Assembly: GCA_964252075.1 (NCBI GenBank)
Contig: CAXULY010000035.1
Span: 1 to 56,983 of the forward strand
Direction of reading: 5' to 3'
Length of the DNA: 56,983 nt
From: an uncultured Deinococcaceae bacterium
GTDB lineage: Bacteria; Deinococcota; Deinococci; Deinococcales; Deinococcaceae
Both the position numbers and the translations under genes were made by a program. This document shows positions 36,986 to 46,702 of this stretch, piece after piece. The notes beneath the pieces are model-generated. The model searched no databases. It had not been told where the DNA came from and worked only from the letters and a program-made list of their open reading frames with translations. Numbering within the stretch: position 1 is the first letter of the stretch; each line of letters opens with the position of its first letter.

Positions 36986-37371
36986 TCACGGGTTTTTGGT
37001 GAAGCTCAAGGTGTCGGCAGTGGTGTCTGCTGCTGGATGATGCCCTTTTACGTCGTGGCGGTGAAGGCCGACGAGGTCAGCGGAAAGGCCGTTCTTATCC
37101 ACCAGTTTCAGGACGCCAGTGCTGAATTTTCCGGTCAGGATGCCGGTGCCGTACGGATTGAAGGCCATGCCCGTGATGTCATCGGAGCCCGTGGCCTGCA
37201 CGAGTTGCAGGGTCAGGGAAGTGCTCGCGGGTCCATCTTTCCAGGGAATGTGACGGTGCCCATCTACCCGTCGGAGACGTTGATGGCGCCGCTCAGTGAA
37301 GGGGTTGCGGCGGGTGAGCTGTAGGTAGACAGAAGGAGGGTGACAACCGTCAGGACGAGCGACTGTTTCAT
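36986..37371 (-). pseudogene. Degenerate lipoprotein paralogue
   Basis: MKQSLVLTVVTLLLSTYSSP (lipobox Cys position reads TAC); TAG at 37264-37266 at the family Trp; a frameshift before ...LQLVQATGSDDITG...TLSFTKNP. Confidence 0.7.
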
Positions 37372-37417
37372 GCGACCTCTATGGGCGTTCCTGTTCATTG
37401 GCCTCCCTCTTCGATCT

Positions 37418-37822
37418 TCAAAGCTGGAGTAACACAGTTCCACAGTATTCGCAAAGGTGGGTGCGCGCCCACTGTTCCTGCAGCAATGGCCACTGATCGC
37501 GATTGTACCGGGCGCACCGCTGGGCGGTGATGGCAGTGAGGACCGACAGGGTGATGAGGAACACGCCCAGCTTCAACACCCCATTCACCACAGCGCCTCC
37601 CACGGCAGCAATCACGAGGGACAGCCCACCGATGGCCAGGCATACCCAGAAACGCGGTGTGCTGCCGCTCCAGTGGTATGGGCAAGCGGAGGAGCTCAGC
37701 CCACTGCAAACCGGCTGCCTGAGGGACGTTCATGGACGCATTCCAGACCCCGCGTTGTTCTTCTGGGATGACGCGCACCCGCGCAGAGTCCGGGCTGTGG
37801 CAGGTGGGACGCTGCGTTGCAT
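37418..37822 (-). pseudogene. Frameshifted small membrane protein with C-terminal CxxC zinc ribbon
   Basis: ATG at 37822 and the C-terminal part are in different frames; two TM helices, then YNRDQWPLLQEQW...CEYCG. Confidence 0.6.
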
Positions 37823-37893
37823 ACCCTCACCCTGGCGTCCTTCGCTGGAGCGTCATGTAGATTTGCCCCTCCCCCGTTACATTTGACGCGCCA

Positions 37894-38289
37894 TCACTGC
37901 CTCTTGACGCTGAATGTGGCGCTCTGTGAGCCGTATCCAGTCAGGGTATAGGTCGCTGTTCCCAAGTAAGTATTTCCAGAGACCGAGCCGGAAAAGGTGT
38001 AGGACTCATCTGCGCTCGGCTGTGCCGTGAGCGTGAGTGCGTTGCCGTTGCGGGTTCCGGTGATGGGGCCGTGGTCATCGAACGCCTTGCCTGGAAGCGC
38101 GGTGAAGAGCCGACCGGTGACGGTGTTGCCCACTTGGGCGAACGTGAACTTCAGGTCGCCCGTGGTGAAGTTGTTGATCAAGGTTCCCTGCCAGGTGCCT
38201 GTCACGTCAGCAGCCACGCCGCCTGAGGGTGAGCCGGAGCAGGCGGCGAGCGTCAGGGCGAGGGCGGACAGAATTAGTGGTTTCTTCAC
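37894..38289 (-). CDS. Small beta-rich lipoprotein (intact array member)
   Basis: GGAG RBS, GTG start, LALTLAA-CSG lipobox, DVTGTWQGT...GPITGTRNGN...YTFSGSVSGNTY. Confidence 0.85.
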   Translation of the reverse strand: MKKPLILSALALTLAACSGSPSGGVAADVTGTWQGTLINNFTTGDLKFTFAQVGNTVTGRLFTALPGKAFDDHGPITGTRNGNALTLTAQPSADESYTFSGSVSGNTYLGTATYTLTGYGSQSATFSVKRQ

Positions 38290-38312
38290 GGGATCTCCGG
38301 AATGTGGGGGCG

Positions 38313-38774
38313 TCATTGCTTGGTTGTATTGAAGTTGAACTGCCCTAAAGCGTCACCCCCGTGGCAATTCAGGACGCCGCTGTACGTGTTGCCTGTCACT
38401 CGCCCATGGAATTCGTAGGTGTAACAGGAAGTAAAGATGCCGGGCGCAGTGGGTCCGATGGAGAGGCTGAGTTGGTTGTCGGTCAATGTCCCGTTGATGA
38501 GGCCGAGCTCGGTGAAGTCCACTGATGCAGGCGGCACTTCCCTCTCGTAGGCGACGCCCGACACGGCGCCTCCTGACTCCCAAAGCATCAAGAGGAACTC
38601 ACCTAGAATGGGGCCCCCAGCGTCGAATGACCCCTTCCAGGTGCCCGTGAGGCCTGCGGTGGGTGAAGGCGTTGAGGGCGTCGGCGGTGGGGACGGGTGC
38701 ACCTGGCCGTTTGCGGGCAGACCCTGTGTGCACGCAACGAGGGCCAGGAACAGCAGGATCAGCAGGTTCTTCAT
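38313..38774 (-). CDS. Small beta-rich lipoprotein paralogue with Pro/Thr linker
   Basis: MKNLLILLFLALVA-C, PSPPPTPSTPSP linker, LTGTWKGS...GLINGTLTDN...YEFHGRVTGNTYSG. Confidence 0.85.
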   Translation of the reverse strand: MKNLLILLFLALVACTQGLPANGQVHPSPPPTPSTPSPTAGLTGTWKGSFDAGGPILGEFLLMLWESGGAVSGVAYEREVPPASVDFTELGLINGTLTDNQLSLSIGPTAPGIFTSCYTYEFHGRVTGNTYSGVLNCHGGDALGQFNFNTTKQ

Positions 38775-39008
38775 GGGCTCTCCGGAAGGGGGACTGTCCT
38801 GCGCAGCAGGACAGCATTCACCTCCAAGAGTATCCGTCTCAAGTGCAGGTGCGTGGCTGGGCAGGACGACCAGCGCGGCCGGCACGTGTTGCCCCCTTGC
38901 ACATCGTTCACCGCAGGGGCTAAAGCTGGCATATTCCTTGTTCTGGCGCTACTGGAAGCGGCAACCTTGGAAGCCCGTCTTAAAGCCTGGAAGTCTCGAA
39001 GGTCACCG

Positions 39009-39051
39009 TCTAAGTGGCCGGTCGCAGGTTCGAATCCTGCGGGGCGCGCCA
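39009..39051 (+). repeat. att site: duplicate of the tRNA-Arg 3' half
   Basis: TCTAAGTGGCCGGTCGCAGGTTCGAATCCTGCGGGGCGCGCCA; 42/43 identical to 35571-35613. Confidence 0.95.
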
Positions 39052-39061
39052 GACGCGGGCA

Positions 39062-39481
39062 CTACTCGCCAGGTTTAAATGGGGTGGGGACCAAGTTGAC
39101 CGTCAAGGCCTTGCGCAGCTTGAAGCTGATCTGCTCGGTATTCACGTCTGTTCCAGTCGCCATGATGACGTAATCGCCGGCGGGGAGGCGCATGGTGGCC
39201 TGACGCTTTCCAGGGTCAAGGACAGCGGGGGGGGCGATGTACTGCACACAGTCACTGTTGTACAGGGTGACGAGGAGCGCGTGTGACAACGGCGCGCCAA
39301 TCAGTTTGAAGGTGACGGGCCAGGCCTTAACAGCTGCAGGGAGGGGCAGTGGCTTGGTCCCTTGGAGATAACAGGTGGGCATGTGCTGGGCGTCCTGATG
39401 GGCAAAGTCCACGAAGTGTGTCACTTGTGCGCCTGCGAGGCCAATCAGGCTCAGCAGGGTCAGGGGAATGGCTGACTTCAC
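39062..39481 (-). CDS. Hypothetical secreted protein
   Basis: Signal peptide MKSAIPLTLLSLIGLAGA-Q; two Cys; atypical codon use. Confidence 0.7.
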   Translation of the reverse strand: MKSAIPLTLLSLIGLAGAQVTHFVDFAHQDAQHMPTCYLQGTKPLPLPAAVKAWPVTFKLIGAPLSHALLVTLYNSDCVQYIAPPAVLDPGKRQATMRLPAGDYVIMATGTDVNTEQISFKLRKALTVNLVPTPFKPGE

Positions 39482-39623
39482 AGGGATGATCTTCCCTTAA
39501 GAGGATGAAATCCAGCGTGGCTCATTCCGTGCTCGGGGCCGCGGCCTGGTGCTTTCGTTCAGGCACCCAGCAGGTCAAGTTCGCCTTTACGCGTGTGTAA
39601 CGCGCGCTCTGCTAGCGTTGGTC

Positions 39624-39932
39624 ATGCGGTGCGAAGTGCAGATGATTCCGGCGGGCACGCGGGACTGGCTGGTGTCCTGGCGTGAGGGTCGTCCGGCGCA
39701 CCTGCCGCCGCAGGTGCGGACGGTGGTGAAGATTCATCTGCGGTTGCGGCACACGCCGTACGGGAACATGTGGGCGGCCTTCGATCACTTCAGCCACACC
39801 CTGGTGATGTGGATGGAGCCCGGTCATCTGCCCACCCCCACGGACCTGGACCGTTACGCCGCCATGACGGGCGAGTGGATCGGGGAGGGCCAGGCGTCGC
39901 CCTGGCCGGACGACGCCTGGCTGAGCGGCTGA
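39624..39932 (+). CDS. Hypothetical small protein
   Basis: Trp-rich ORF with host-like codon use; start uncertain (39624 or 39642). Confidence 0.6.
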   Translation: MRCEVQMIPAGTRDWLVSWREGRPAHLPPQVRTVVKIHLRLRHTPYGNMWAAFDHFSHTLVMWMEPGHLPTPTDLDRYAAMTGEWIGEGQASPWPDDAWLSG

Positions 39933-39972
39933 GCGACCCGGTTGAGGGTCGCGGGCCGCCCGCGGAGCGTCG

Positions 39973-40800
39973 TCAACGGGGTTCCGGGTTCTGGGCCTGC
40001 AGGGCGAGCATCATCTGGTACTGCGGGGCGCCGCCCAGCATGTTCTGCCCACCATCCACGGGGAGGATCGCGCCCGTCACGTAACTCGCGGCGTCGCTCA
40101 CGAGGAAGAGGGCGGCGTTCGCGATGTCCTGCGGCACGCCGAAGCGCCCGAGCGGCACGGTGCGCGTGAACTGCGCGCGGGTGCGCTCGTCGGGCGCGAG
40201 GCGGCGCATGCCTTCGGTGCCGTCGATGGGGCCGGGAATGATGGCGTTCACGCGCACGCCGCGCAGGCCCCACTCCACGGCGAGGGTGCGTGTAAGGGCG
40301 TCCACGCCGGCTTTCGCGGCGACGACGTGCGCCTGCATGGGCACCGGCACCCCGTAGGCGGAGATGGACAGGATGGTCCCGCCGGGCGTGCGCAGGTGCG
40401 GCGCGGCGGCCTTGATGGTGTTGTACGTGCCGAGCAGGTCGATGTCCACGACGGTCTTGAAGCCTTTGGGGCTGATGCCGTCCACGGGCGCGGGGAAGTT
40501 CCCGGCGGCGCCGCACAGCACGATGTCCAGCGTTCCGAAGGCCTCCACTGCCGCCGCCACGGCCGCCTCGAGCGCTTCGGGGTCGCGCACGTCCGCGCTC
40601 ACGCCGGTGGCGCGACCCCCCGCGTCCATGATGCCCTGCGCGGCCGCCTGGGCCTTCTCGAGGTTGCGGCCGAGGAGGGTGACGGCGCAGCCGTGCGCGG
40701 CGAAGCTCTGCGCGATGCCAAGGTTGATGCCGCTGCCGCCTCCGGTGATGAGGGCGTGCTTGCCGCTGAGGAGGTCGGGCACGAAGGTGGGGGTGGTCAT
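39973..40800 (-). CDS. SDR oxidoreductase, 2,4-dienoyl-CoA reductase-like
   Basis: Motifs [42 protein letters not shown]. Confidence 0.88.
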   Translation of the reverse strand: MTTPTFVPDLLSGKHALITGGGSGINLGIAQSFAAHGCAVTLLGRNLEKAQAAAQGIMDAGGRATGVSADVRDPEALEAAVAAAVEAFGTLDIVLCGAAGNFPAPVDGISPKGFKTVVDIDLLGTYNTIKAAAPHLRTPGGTILSISAYGVPVPMQAHVVAAKAGVDALTRTLAVEWGLRGVRVNAIIPGPIDGTEGMRRLAPDERTRAQFTRTVPLGRFGVPQDIANAALFLVSDAASYVTGAILPVDGGQNMLGGAPQYQMMLALQAQNPEPR

Positions 40801-41675
40801 GACGGCTCCTTGCTGGGTGGGGTGGGTGACCCGGCGTGCCGACCGATGCTGGGGGCAGGCACGGCCGCTGGCTGGGTGGGCGTGCTGGCCTCGCTGGGCG
40901 CCGCGTCCAGCACTTCCGGCTCGGCCGCTCTCGATGGTTTCAGGGCGCCCGCGAGGGCGTTCAGGTCGAGGTGCTCGGCGTTCCAGCGGGCGGCGAGCGC
41001 GAGGCCGTCGGTGTGCGGGAGGCGTTCGTTCAGCACGCGTTTGGTGCCCATCATGGCGCGCGCGGGGTAGGCGCCCACCGTGCGGGCGAGGTCCAGGGCG
41101 CGCGCCTGGAGGGCCTCTGGCGTGTCCAGCACCTCGCCAACGAGCCCGAGACGCAGCGCGTCAGGCGCGGGGAGGGGTTCGCCCGTGAGGGCCAGCCAGC
41201 GGGCGGGGCCTTCGCCGATCAGGCGGGGGAGGCGCTGCAGGCCGCCGAGGTCCGCCACCAGCCCGAGTTTCACTTCGGGCAGGCTGAGGCGCACGTCCTG
41301 GCTGGCGAGGCGCAGGTCGCAGGCGCAGGCGAGTTCCAGGCCCGCCCCGATGCACCAGCCGGAGAGCGCCGCGATCGTCACGATGGGGAGGTTCGCGAGG
41401 GCCTCCACGGCGGCCTGCATCTCGCGCACGAGGCCCACGAAGGCGCCGGGGCGCGGCATGAGGTCCGCGATGACGGGCGCGGTGGCCTTCAGGTCCAGGC
41501 CGACGCTGAAGTCCGGTCCGCCGCCCGTCACGATCAGCGCGCGCGCGCCGCGCAGCTGCTTGAGCGCGGCGTTCAGTTCGCGCCAGAAGTCGGGCGGCAG
41601 CGCGCCGCGCCGGGTGGTGAGCGCGAGGCGCGCCACCTCTTCCGTGAAGGTGAGGCTCAGGGTGGTGAAGGCCAT
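40797..41675 (-). CDS. Enoyl-CoA hydratase/isomerase family protein
   Basis: Motifs [44 protein letters not shown]6-ATG start. Confidence 0.9.
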   Translation of the reverse strand: MAFTTLSLTFTEEVARLALTTRRGALPPDFWRELNAALKQLRGARALIVTGGGPDFSVGLDLKATAPVIADLMPRPGAFVGLVREMQAAVEALANLPIVTIAALSGWCIGAGLELACACDLRLASQDVRLSLPEVKLGLVADLGGLQRLPRLIGEGPARWLALTGEPLPAPDALRLGLVGEVLDTPEALQARALDLARTVGAYPARAMMGTKRVLNERLPHTDGLALAARWNAEHLDLNALAGALKPSRAAEPEVLDAAPSEASTPTQPAAVPAPSIGRHAGSPTPPSKEPS

Positions 41676-41754
41676 GCGCCCAGCGTAGCAGCGCGCCCGC
41701 AGGGAAGGGGACGCAAAGGGCGGGGCCGTATGGCCCCGCCCCCGGTGCGGACCC

Positions 41755-43197
41755 TCAGGCTTCGAGCAGCAGGCGCTCGGGGTTCTCCAGCAGGCGGATG
41801 ACCTCACGGCAGAAGCGCGCGGCTTCCGCGCCGTCCACGAGGCGGTGGTCGAAGCTCAGGGAGAGGTACATCATGTGCGCGGGCACCAGTTCGTCGCGTT
41901 CGTTGTATACGGGGCGCTTCACGATGCTGTGCACGCCGAGGATGGCGGCGTCCGGCACGTTGATGATGGGGAAGCTGAAGAGCGCGCCGATCGAGCCGAT
42001 GTTCGTGACGCTGAAGCTTGACCCGCCCATCTCGTCGGGCTTCAGCTGCCCGCTCGTGGCGCGCGTGGCGACGTCCGAGATGGCGCGCGCGAGGTCAACG
42101 AGGCTGCGGCGCTCCACGTCGCGGATGACGGGCACGATGAGGCCCGCGTCGGTCGCGACGGCCATGCCGATGTTCACGTAGCTGCGCTGCACGATCTCCT
42201 GTGTCGCCTCGTCCAGGCTGGTGTTCAGGCTGGGGTACTTGGCGAGCGCCACCGCGATGGCCTTGAAGATGAACGGCAGGTAGGTGAGTTTTACGCCGTC
42301 CGCCGCGAGCTCGTCCTTCAGGCGGGCGCGCAGCGCGACGAGGCGCGTGAGGTTCGCCTCGTCCACCGTGAGGGTGCGGACGGTGTACAGGTGCGAGGCG
42401 AGCATCTGCTGGCTGATGGCGCGGCGCAGGCCGCGCAGGGGCGTGCGTGTCTCGCGGTCCTCGTAGCCTTTGGGCGTCTTGTACTGCACGGGCACCACGG
42501 GCAGGCCGTTCCCGGAGGTGGGCTTGCTGGAGGCGGGCGCCTGGCGGGCGGCGGCGTACTGGTGCACGTCCAGCACCCGCACGCGCCCGTTCGGGCCGCT
42601 GCCCGGCACCCGGCTAATGTCAATGCCGAGTTCCCGCGCCAGTTGCCGCGCGGCGGGCACCGCGAGCACGCGGCCGTCCGCGCGCGCGGTCCCCTGCACC
42701 TGAGGGGTGGGCTGCGTCACGGCGGGCCGTTCGGCGACCGCTGCGCCGCCCGCGCCGCGCAGGCTGCCGGGCAGGCGCACGGTTTCCTCCTCCGCGAAGG
42801 CGGAGAACAGGCTGGACTCATCGCCGGCGTCCGCAGGTCCGCCCACCTCCACGATGGAGCGCTCCTCCTGCGCCGTCACGGGCAGGGTCTCGTGCGTGGT
42901 GCCGGGGTTCTCGGCGCTCGCCTGGAGGCCCTGCTCGGGCGTGACGCCCACGTCCGCGCCGACCTCCTCGATGAGCGCGATGGGGGCGTGCACGGCCACC
43001 ACGTCGCCCTCCTGCACGAGGCGCTTGCTGAGGGTGCCCGCCACCGGGCTGGGCAGTTCGACCGTCACCTTGTCGGTCATGACCTCGCACAGCGGCTGCT
43101 CCAGCGCGACCGCCTGCCCCTCCTCGACCAGCCACTTCAGAATCTCGCCCTCGACCACACTCTCGGCCAGTTCGGGCAGCACGACTTCCTTCGCCAT
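41755..43197 (-). CDS. 2-oxo-acid dehydrogenase E2 (dihydrolipoamide acyltransferase)
   Basis: Lipoyl motif EVMTDKVTVE, E3-binding GSGPNGRV, catalytic DHRLVDG. Confidence 0.95.
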   Translation of the reverse strand: MAKEVVLPELAESVVEGEILKWLVEEGQAVALEQPLCEVMTDKVTVELPSPVAGTLSKRLVQEGDVVAVHAPIALIEEVGADVGVTPEQGLQASAENPGTTHETLPVTAQEERSIVEVGGPADAGDESSLFSAFAEEETVRLPGSLRGAGGAAVAERPAVTQPTPQVQGTARADGRVLAVPAARQLARELGIDISRVPGSGPNGRVRVLDVHQYAAARQAPASSKPTSGNGLPVVPVQYKTPKGYEDRETRTPLRGLRRAISQQMLASHLYTVRTLTVDEANLTRLVALRARLKDELAADGVKLTYLPFIFKAIAVALAKYPSLNTSLDEATQEIVQRSYVNIGMAVATDAGLIVPVIRDVERRSLVDLARAISDVATRATSGQLKPDEMGGSSFSVTNIGSIGALFSFPIINVPDAAILGVHSIVKRPVYNERDELVPAHMMYLSLSFDHRLVDGAEAARFCREVIRLLENPERLLLEA

Positions 43198-43206
43198 AAG
43201 TCTCCT

Positions 43207-43479
43207 TTACTTCAGGAACATCCGCACGATGCCGTAGACGCCCAGCACGGCGCCCAGCACCTGAATCCAGCGTTCACCGCGCGCGTACCACCACGCGAGC
43301 GCACCCAGCCCCACGAACAGCAGGCCCACCACGACCGCACTCCACGGCGCGGGCAGTCGCGCCGCGCCCTGGTACACCACGAAGCCGATGATGAGGCCCA
43401 GGATGCTCAGCACCTGCGTGCTGAGCACCGGGCGCGGCCAGCGGCGGCGCGGCTTTTCCGGCGCGGGCGGACCGTCCAT
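43207..43479 (-). CDS. Small membrane protein
   Basis: 3 hydrophobic segments; tightly packed in the operon. Confidence 0.7.
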   Translation of the reverse strand: MDGPPAPEKPRRRWPRPVLSTQVLSILGLIIGFVVYQGAARLPAPWSAVVVGLLFVGLGALAWWYARGERWIQVLGAVLGVYGIVRMFLK

Positions 43480-43919
43480 CACACGTACAGCGTGAAGAAG
43501 GCCGCCACGCCCCCCAGGCCCGCCAGCCACGCGCGGCCACTGCCGAGGCGCGGTCCCACGCGCCACAGCAGGAACGCGACGAGCGCCGCGAGCACCAGCG
43601 CCAGCGGCAGGCCGAGCGCCTGCGGGAGTTCCCGCACGCGGTCCCCGAGCGCCTGCACGCTGTACAGCACCAGCAGCGTCACCCCGCCGAACGTCAGCCA
43701 GTTGGGCCGTGGGGTGGGGCGCAGCCAGCGCGTGCGCTGCACCGCCACCACCGAAGCCGCCAGCAGCGCCAGCGTGATCAGCCAGCGCACGGCGGGCGGC
43801 TGCGACAGCACCAGCGGGCGCGTGAGGCCGACCAGCAGGGACTCCACGATCAGCACCGCCACGAGCACCAGCAGTGAGGTGATCATGGGGTTCTGCGGGA
43901 GCTGGTTGCGGCTCCTCAC
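43479..43919 (-). CDS. Membrane protein
   Basis: 4-5 hydrophobic segments; start at 43919 (GTG) or 43886 (ATG). Confidence 0.7.
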   Translation of the reverse strand: MRSRNQLPQNPMITSLLVLVAVLIVESLLVGLTRPLVLSQPPAVRWLITLALLAASVVAVQRTRWLRPTPRPNWLTFGGVTLLVLYSVQALGDRVRELPQALGLPLALVLAALVAFLLWRVGPRLGSGRAWLAGLGGVAAFFTLYV

Positions 43920-43938
43920 GGGAGGCTCCGGGGTGGCG

Positions 43939-44961
43939 TCATCCGTACCTCAGCACCTGCGCGCAGGCGCGCAGGATGCGGTTCGCGCCCGGCAGGTACA
44001 CCTTGTCCTGCACGTAAGGGTAGGGCGTGTCGAAGCCCGCGACCTGCGTGACGGGCGCGAGCAGGCTGTCGAAGAGTTCCTGCTGCACGCTGTACGCCAC
44101 TTCCGCCATGAAGTTCGAGGTACGCGGCGCCTCGCTCGCCAGGACGAGGCGCCCGGTCTTCGCGACGCTCGCCATGACGGCCTCCACGTCCCACGGCATG
44201 AGGGAGCGCAGGTCGATCACCTCGGCGCTCACGCCCTCACCCGCGAGCGCCTCGGCGGCGCGCTCCAGGTCCGGCATGACGCCGCCGTATCCGATCAGGC
44301 TGAGGTCCGTGCCCTCGCGGCGCACGGCGGCCCTGCCGATCTCCACGGTGTAGTCGCCGAGCGGCACGTCGCCCTTCGCGGCGCGGTACAGGCGCTTGGG
44401 CTCGAAGAAGATCACCGGGTCGTCGCTGCGCACCGCGGCCTTCAGCAGACCCTTGGCGTCGTAGGGGGTGCTGACCATCACGACCTTCAGGCCTGGGGTG
44501 TGCGTGTAGTAACTCTCGGGGCTCTGCGAGTGGTGGTGCCCGCCCTTCACGCCGCCGCCCGACGGCGTGCGGATCACGAGGGGCGCCGTGAACTGTCCGC
44601 CGGAGCGGTAGCGGATCTTGGCGGCCTGCGACACGATCTGGTCGAAGCCCGGCCCCATGTAGTCCGCGAACTGGATTTCCGCGATGGGCCGCAGGCCGCG
44701 CGCCGCCATGCCGACCGCGGCGCCCACGATGCTGGCCTCGCTGAGCGGCGTGTCGAACACGCGCTTCACGCCGAATTCCTGCTGCAGTCCGGCGGTCGCC
44801 ATGAACACGCCGCCGCGCACGCCGACGTCCTCGCCGAAAATCAGGACGCGGTCGTCGCGCGCGAGTTCCTCGCGCATGGCGAGGGTGAGCGCGCCGATCA
44901 GGGTGAGGTTGGCGCTCTGGGCTTCCGGGGAACCGGCGGGTTTGTCCTTCAGGGTGGTCAT
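43939..44961 (-). CDS. 2-oxo-acid (branched-chain-type) dehydrogenase E1 beta
   Basis: Motifs FGEDVG, FDTPLSE, EIQFADY, HHSQSPE. Confidence 0.95.
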   Translation of the reverse strand: MTTLKDKPAGSPEAQSANLTLIGALTLAMREELARDDRVLIFGEDVGVRGGVFMATAGLQQEFGVKRVFDTPLSEASIVGAAVGMAARGLRPIAEIQFADYMGPGFDQIVSQAAKIRYRSGGQFTAPLVIRTPSGGGVKGGHHHSQSPESYYTHTPGLKVVMVSTPYDAKGLLKAAVRSDDPVIFFEPKRLYRAAKGDVPLGDYTVEIGRAAVRREGTDLSLIGYGGVMPDLERAAEALAGEGVSAEVIDLRSLMPWDVEAVMASVAKTGRLVLASEAPRTSNFMAEVAYSVQQELFDSLLAPVTQVAGFDTPYPYVQDKVYLPGANRILRACAQVLRYG

Positions 44962-46061
44962 TGGGCCTCCTGCTCGGCGCGCAAGCTGGCCTCCTGGGCG
45001 CGCAGGTGGGCGGGCAGGTCGCTGTACACGTCCTCGAACATGATCTGCCAGTCCGGCACGCCGCTCGCCTCGGCCTCCAGCACGGCGGCGTCCACCTCGC
45101 GGTTGATCTGCTGCACGAGGGCGGCGCGCTCGTCCGCGCTGACACCCAGGCCCTGCCCGGCCAGGAAGGCTTCAAAGCGGGTGAGGGGGTCGCGTTGCAT
45201 CCAGTACGCGAGTTCCTCGCGGTTGCGGTAGCTCTTCTCGGCGTCGGCGTCGGCGTTGCTGTGCGCGCCGTACCGGTACGTGAGGCACTCGATGAGGGCG
45301 GGCCCTTCGCCCGCGCGGACCTTCTCGGCCACCTCGCGCACCACGCTGCGCACCGCGAGCACGTCGTTGCCGTCCACGAAGTAGCCGGGCATGCCGTAGG
45401 CGCGCGCCTTGATGTGAATGCTCTCGCTGGCGGTCTGCTGGCGCACCCCCATCGAGATGGCCCACTGGTTGTTCTCGCAGATGAACAGGCACGGCGCGTG
45501 GTTCACGCCCGCCATGTTGAGGCCCGCGTGCCAGTCGCCCTCGCTGGTCGCGCCGTCCCCGAAGGTGCACACCGTGATCTCGTCGGTGCCGAGGTACTGC
45601 TGCGCCATGGCGGTGCCCGCGGCGGGCGCCACCTGGTTGGCGATGGAGGAACTCATGGACACGAAGTTGTAGCGCTGGCTGCCGAAGTGGTGGGGCATCT
45701 GGCGGCCGCGGTTGGGGTCACTGTTGGTGCCGAGGCACTGACTCACGATGTCGGTGATGGGGACGCCCATGGCGAGCGCGATGCCCTGGTCGCGGTAGTA
45801 CGGCCAGATCCAGTCGTGCCCGACGCGGATGCTGTGCGCGATGCCGACCTGGGTGGCTTCCATGCCGCTGGATTGCGCGTAGAAGGTGGTGCGGCCCTGG
45901 CGGAGCAGGGTGACCAGCTTCTTGTCGAACTCGCGGGCGCGCAGCATATCGGTGTAGAGACGCCGCAGCGCGGCCTCGTCGAGGTCGTCGTCCCACGGCG
46001 CTTCGGTGTGGCCGCCCTCGCCGATGATCCGAATCGGCTGTTCGCTGAACGGCTGGTGCAT
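44958..46061 (-). CDS. 2-oxo-acid (branched-chain-type) dehydrogenase E1 alpha
   Basis: TPP motif GDGATSEGD...[32 protein letters not shown]. Confidence 0.95.
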   Translation of the reverse strand: MHQPFSEQPIRIIGEGGHTEAPWDDDLDEAALRRLYTDMLRAREFDKKLVTLLRQGRTTFYAQSSGMEATQVGIAHSIRVGHDWIWPYYRDQGIALAMGVPITDIVSQCLGTNSDPNRGRQMPHHFGSQRYNFVSMSSSIANQVAPAAGTAMAQQYLGTDEITVCTFGDGATSEGDWHAGLNMAGVNHAPCLFICENNQWAISMGVRQQTASESIHIKARAYGMPGYFVDGNDVLAVRSVVREVAEKVRAGEGPALIECLTYRYGAHSNADADAEKSYRNREELAYWMQRDPLTRFEAFLAGQGLGVSADERAALVQQINREVDAAVLEAEASGVPDWQIMFEDVYSDLPAHLRAQEASLRAEQEAQ

Positions 46062-46134
46062 GTCTCCTCCTGGGGGGCCGTCGGCCTGGGCCGGGCCATC
46101 CGATTCTTGCGTGTTGCCTTCTCGGCTGCCCAGT

Positions 46135-46205
46135 CTAACGCTCGTTAGGTCATCTGGAACAGGGGATGATGAGCACGCGTCAATCTTTGACCGATTGGTC
46201 AAAGA
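46135..46205. promoter_or_regulatory. Two palindromic TetR-type operator candidates upstream of the dehydrogenase operon
   Basis: CTAACGCTCGTTAG (46135-46148) overlaps a TAGACT -10 on the minus strand; TCTTTGACC-GATT-GGTCAAAGA (46184-46205). Confidence 0.65.
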
Positions 46206-46702
46206 ATTGCAAGCCCACTGTAGTGGATCACCCGGTGAGATGACACTGGACCACGCGCCACTTCAGTTCATGCAGGCAGGCTCTGGCCATACGGCGCTCA
46301 GTTGGCGGTCGTGGAAACGCAGCAGAGTGCGACAGCCAAAGCAAGTCACCCCCATCTGCCTTTTGCACTGGCCGGTCTGACCGCTTTACTCCTGCCCACA
46401 CAGGCGCACTCGACAAAAATGGTGCCCAGAACGACGCATGACCCGGAGCTGTTCACGCCGACCCCGGTCAGTCCAACAGGGACACACCTAGGACCGTCAG
46501 CCATAAAGAGCGGAACGGCACCCAGACTGATTGCTCTTTAACCCGCGTTCAAACGCAGCGCGACCCGCGTGGTGTACGGCCACAACCCACAGGGCGAAAA
46601 CCCAATTACGGACGTCGGCTGGCGGCGCTGGACGGCAAACAAATTATGGACAGCTCAGCGTGGCCGGGACCATGCAGGCCATTCAGGAGGCGGTTCCCGA
46701 AG

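Larger units (their letters stand above)
35571..39051. mobile_element. tRNA-Arg-anchored genomic island without integrase, bounded by 43-bp att direct repeats
   Basis: 35571-35613 is repeated at 39009-39051 with one mismatch; visibly lower GC and atypical codon use inside. Confidence 0.88.

Noticed and set aside
39009..39051. A fourth tRNA gene
   Set aside because: Only the 3' half is present; upstream DNA cannot form the D-arm or acceptor stem. It is an att duplicate.
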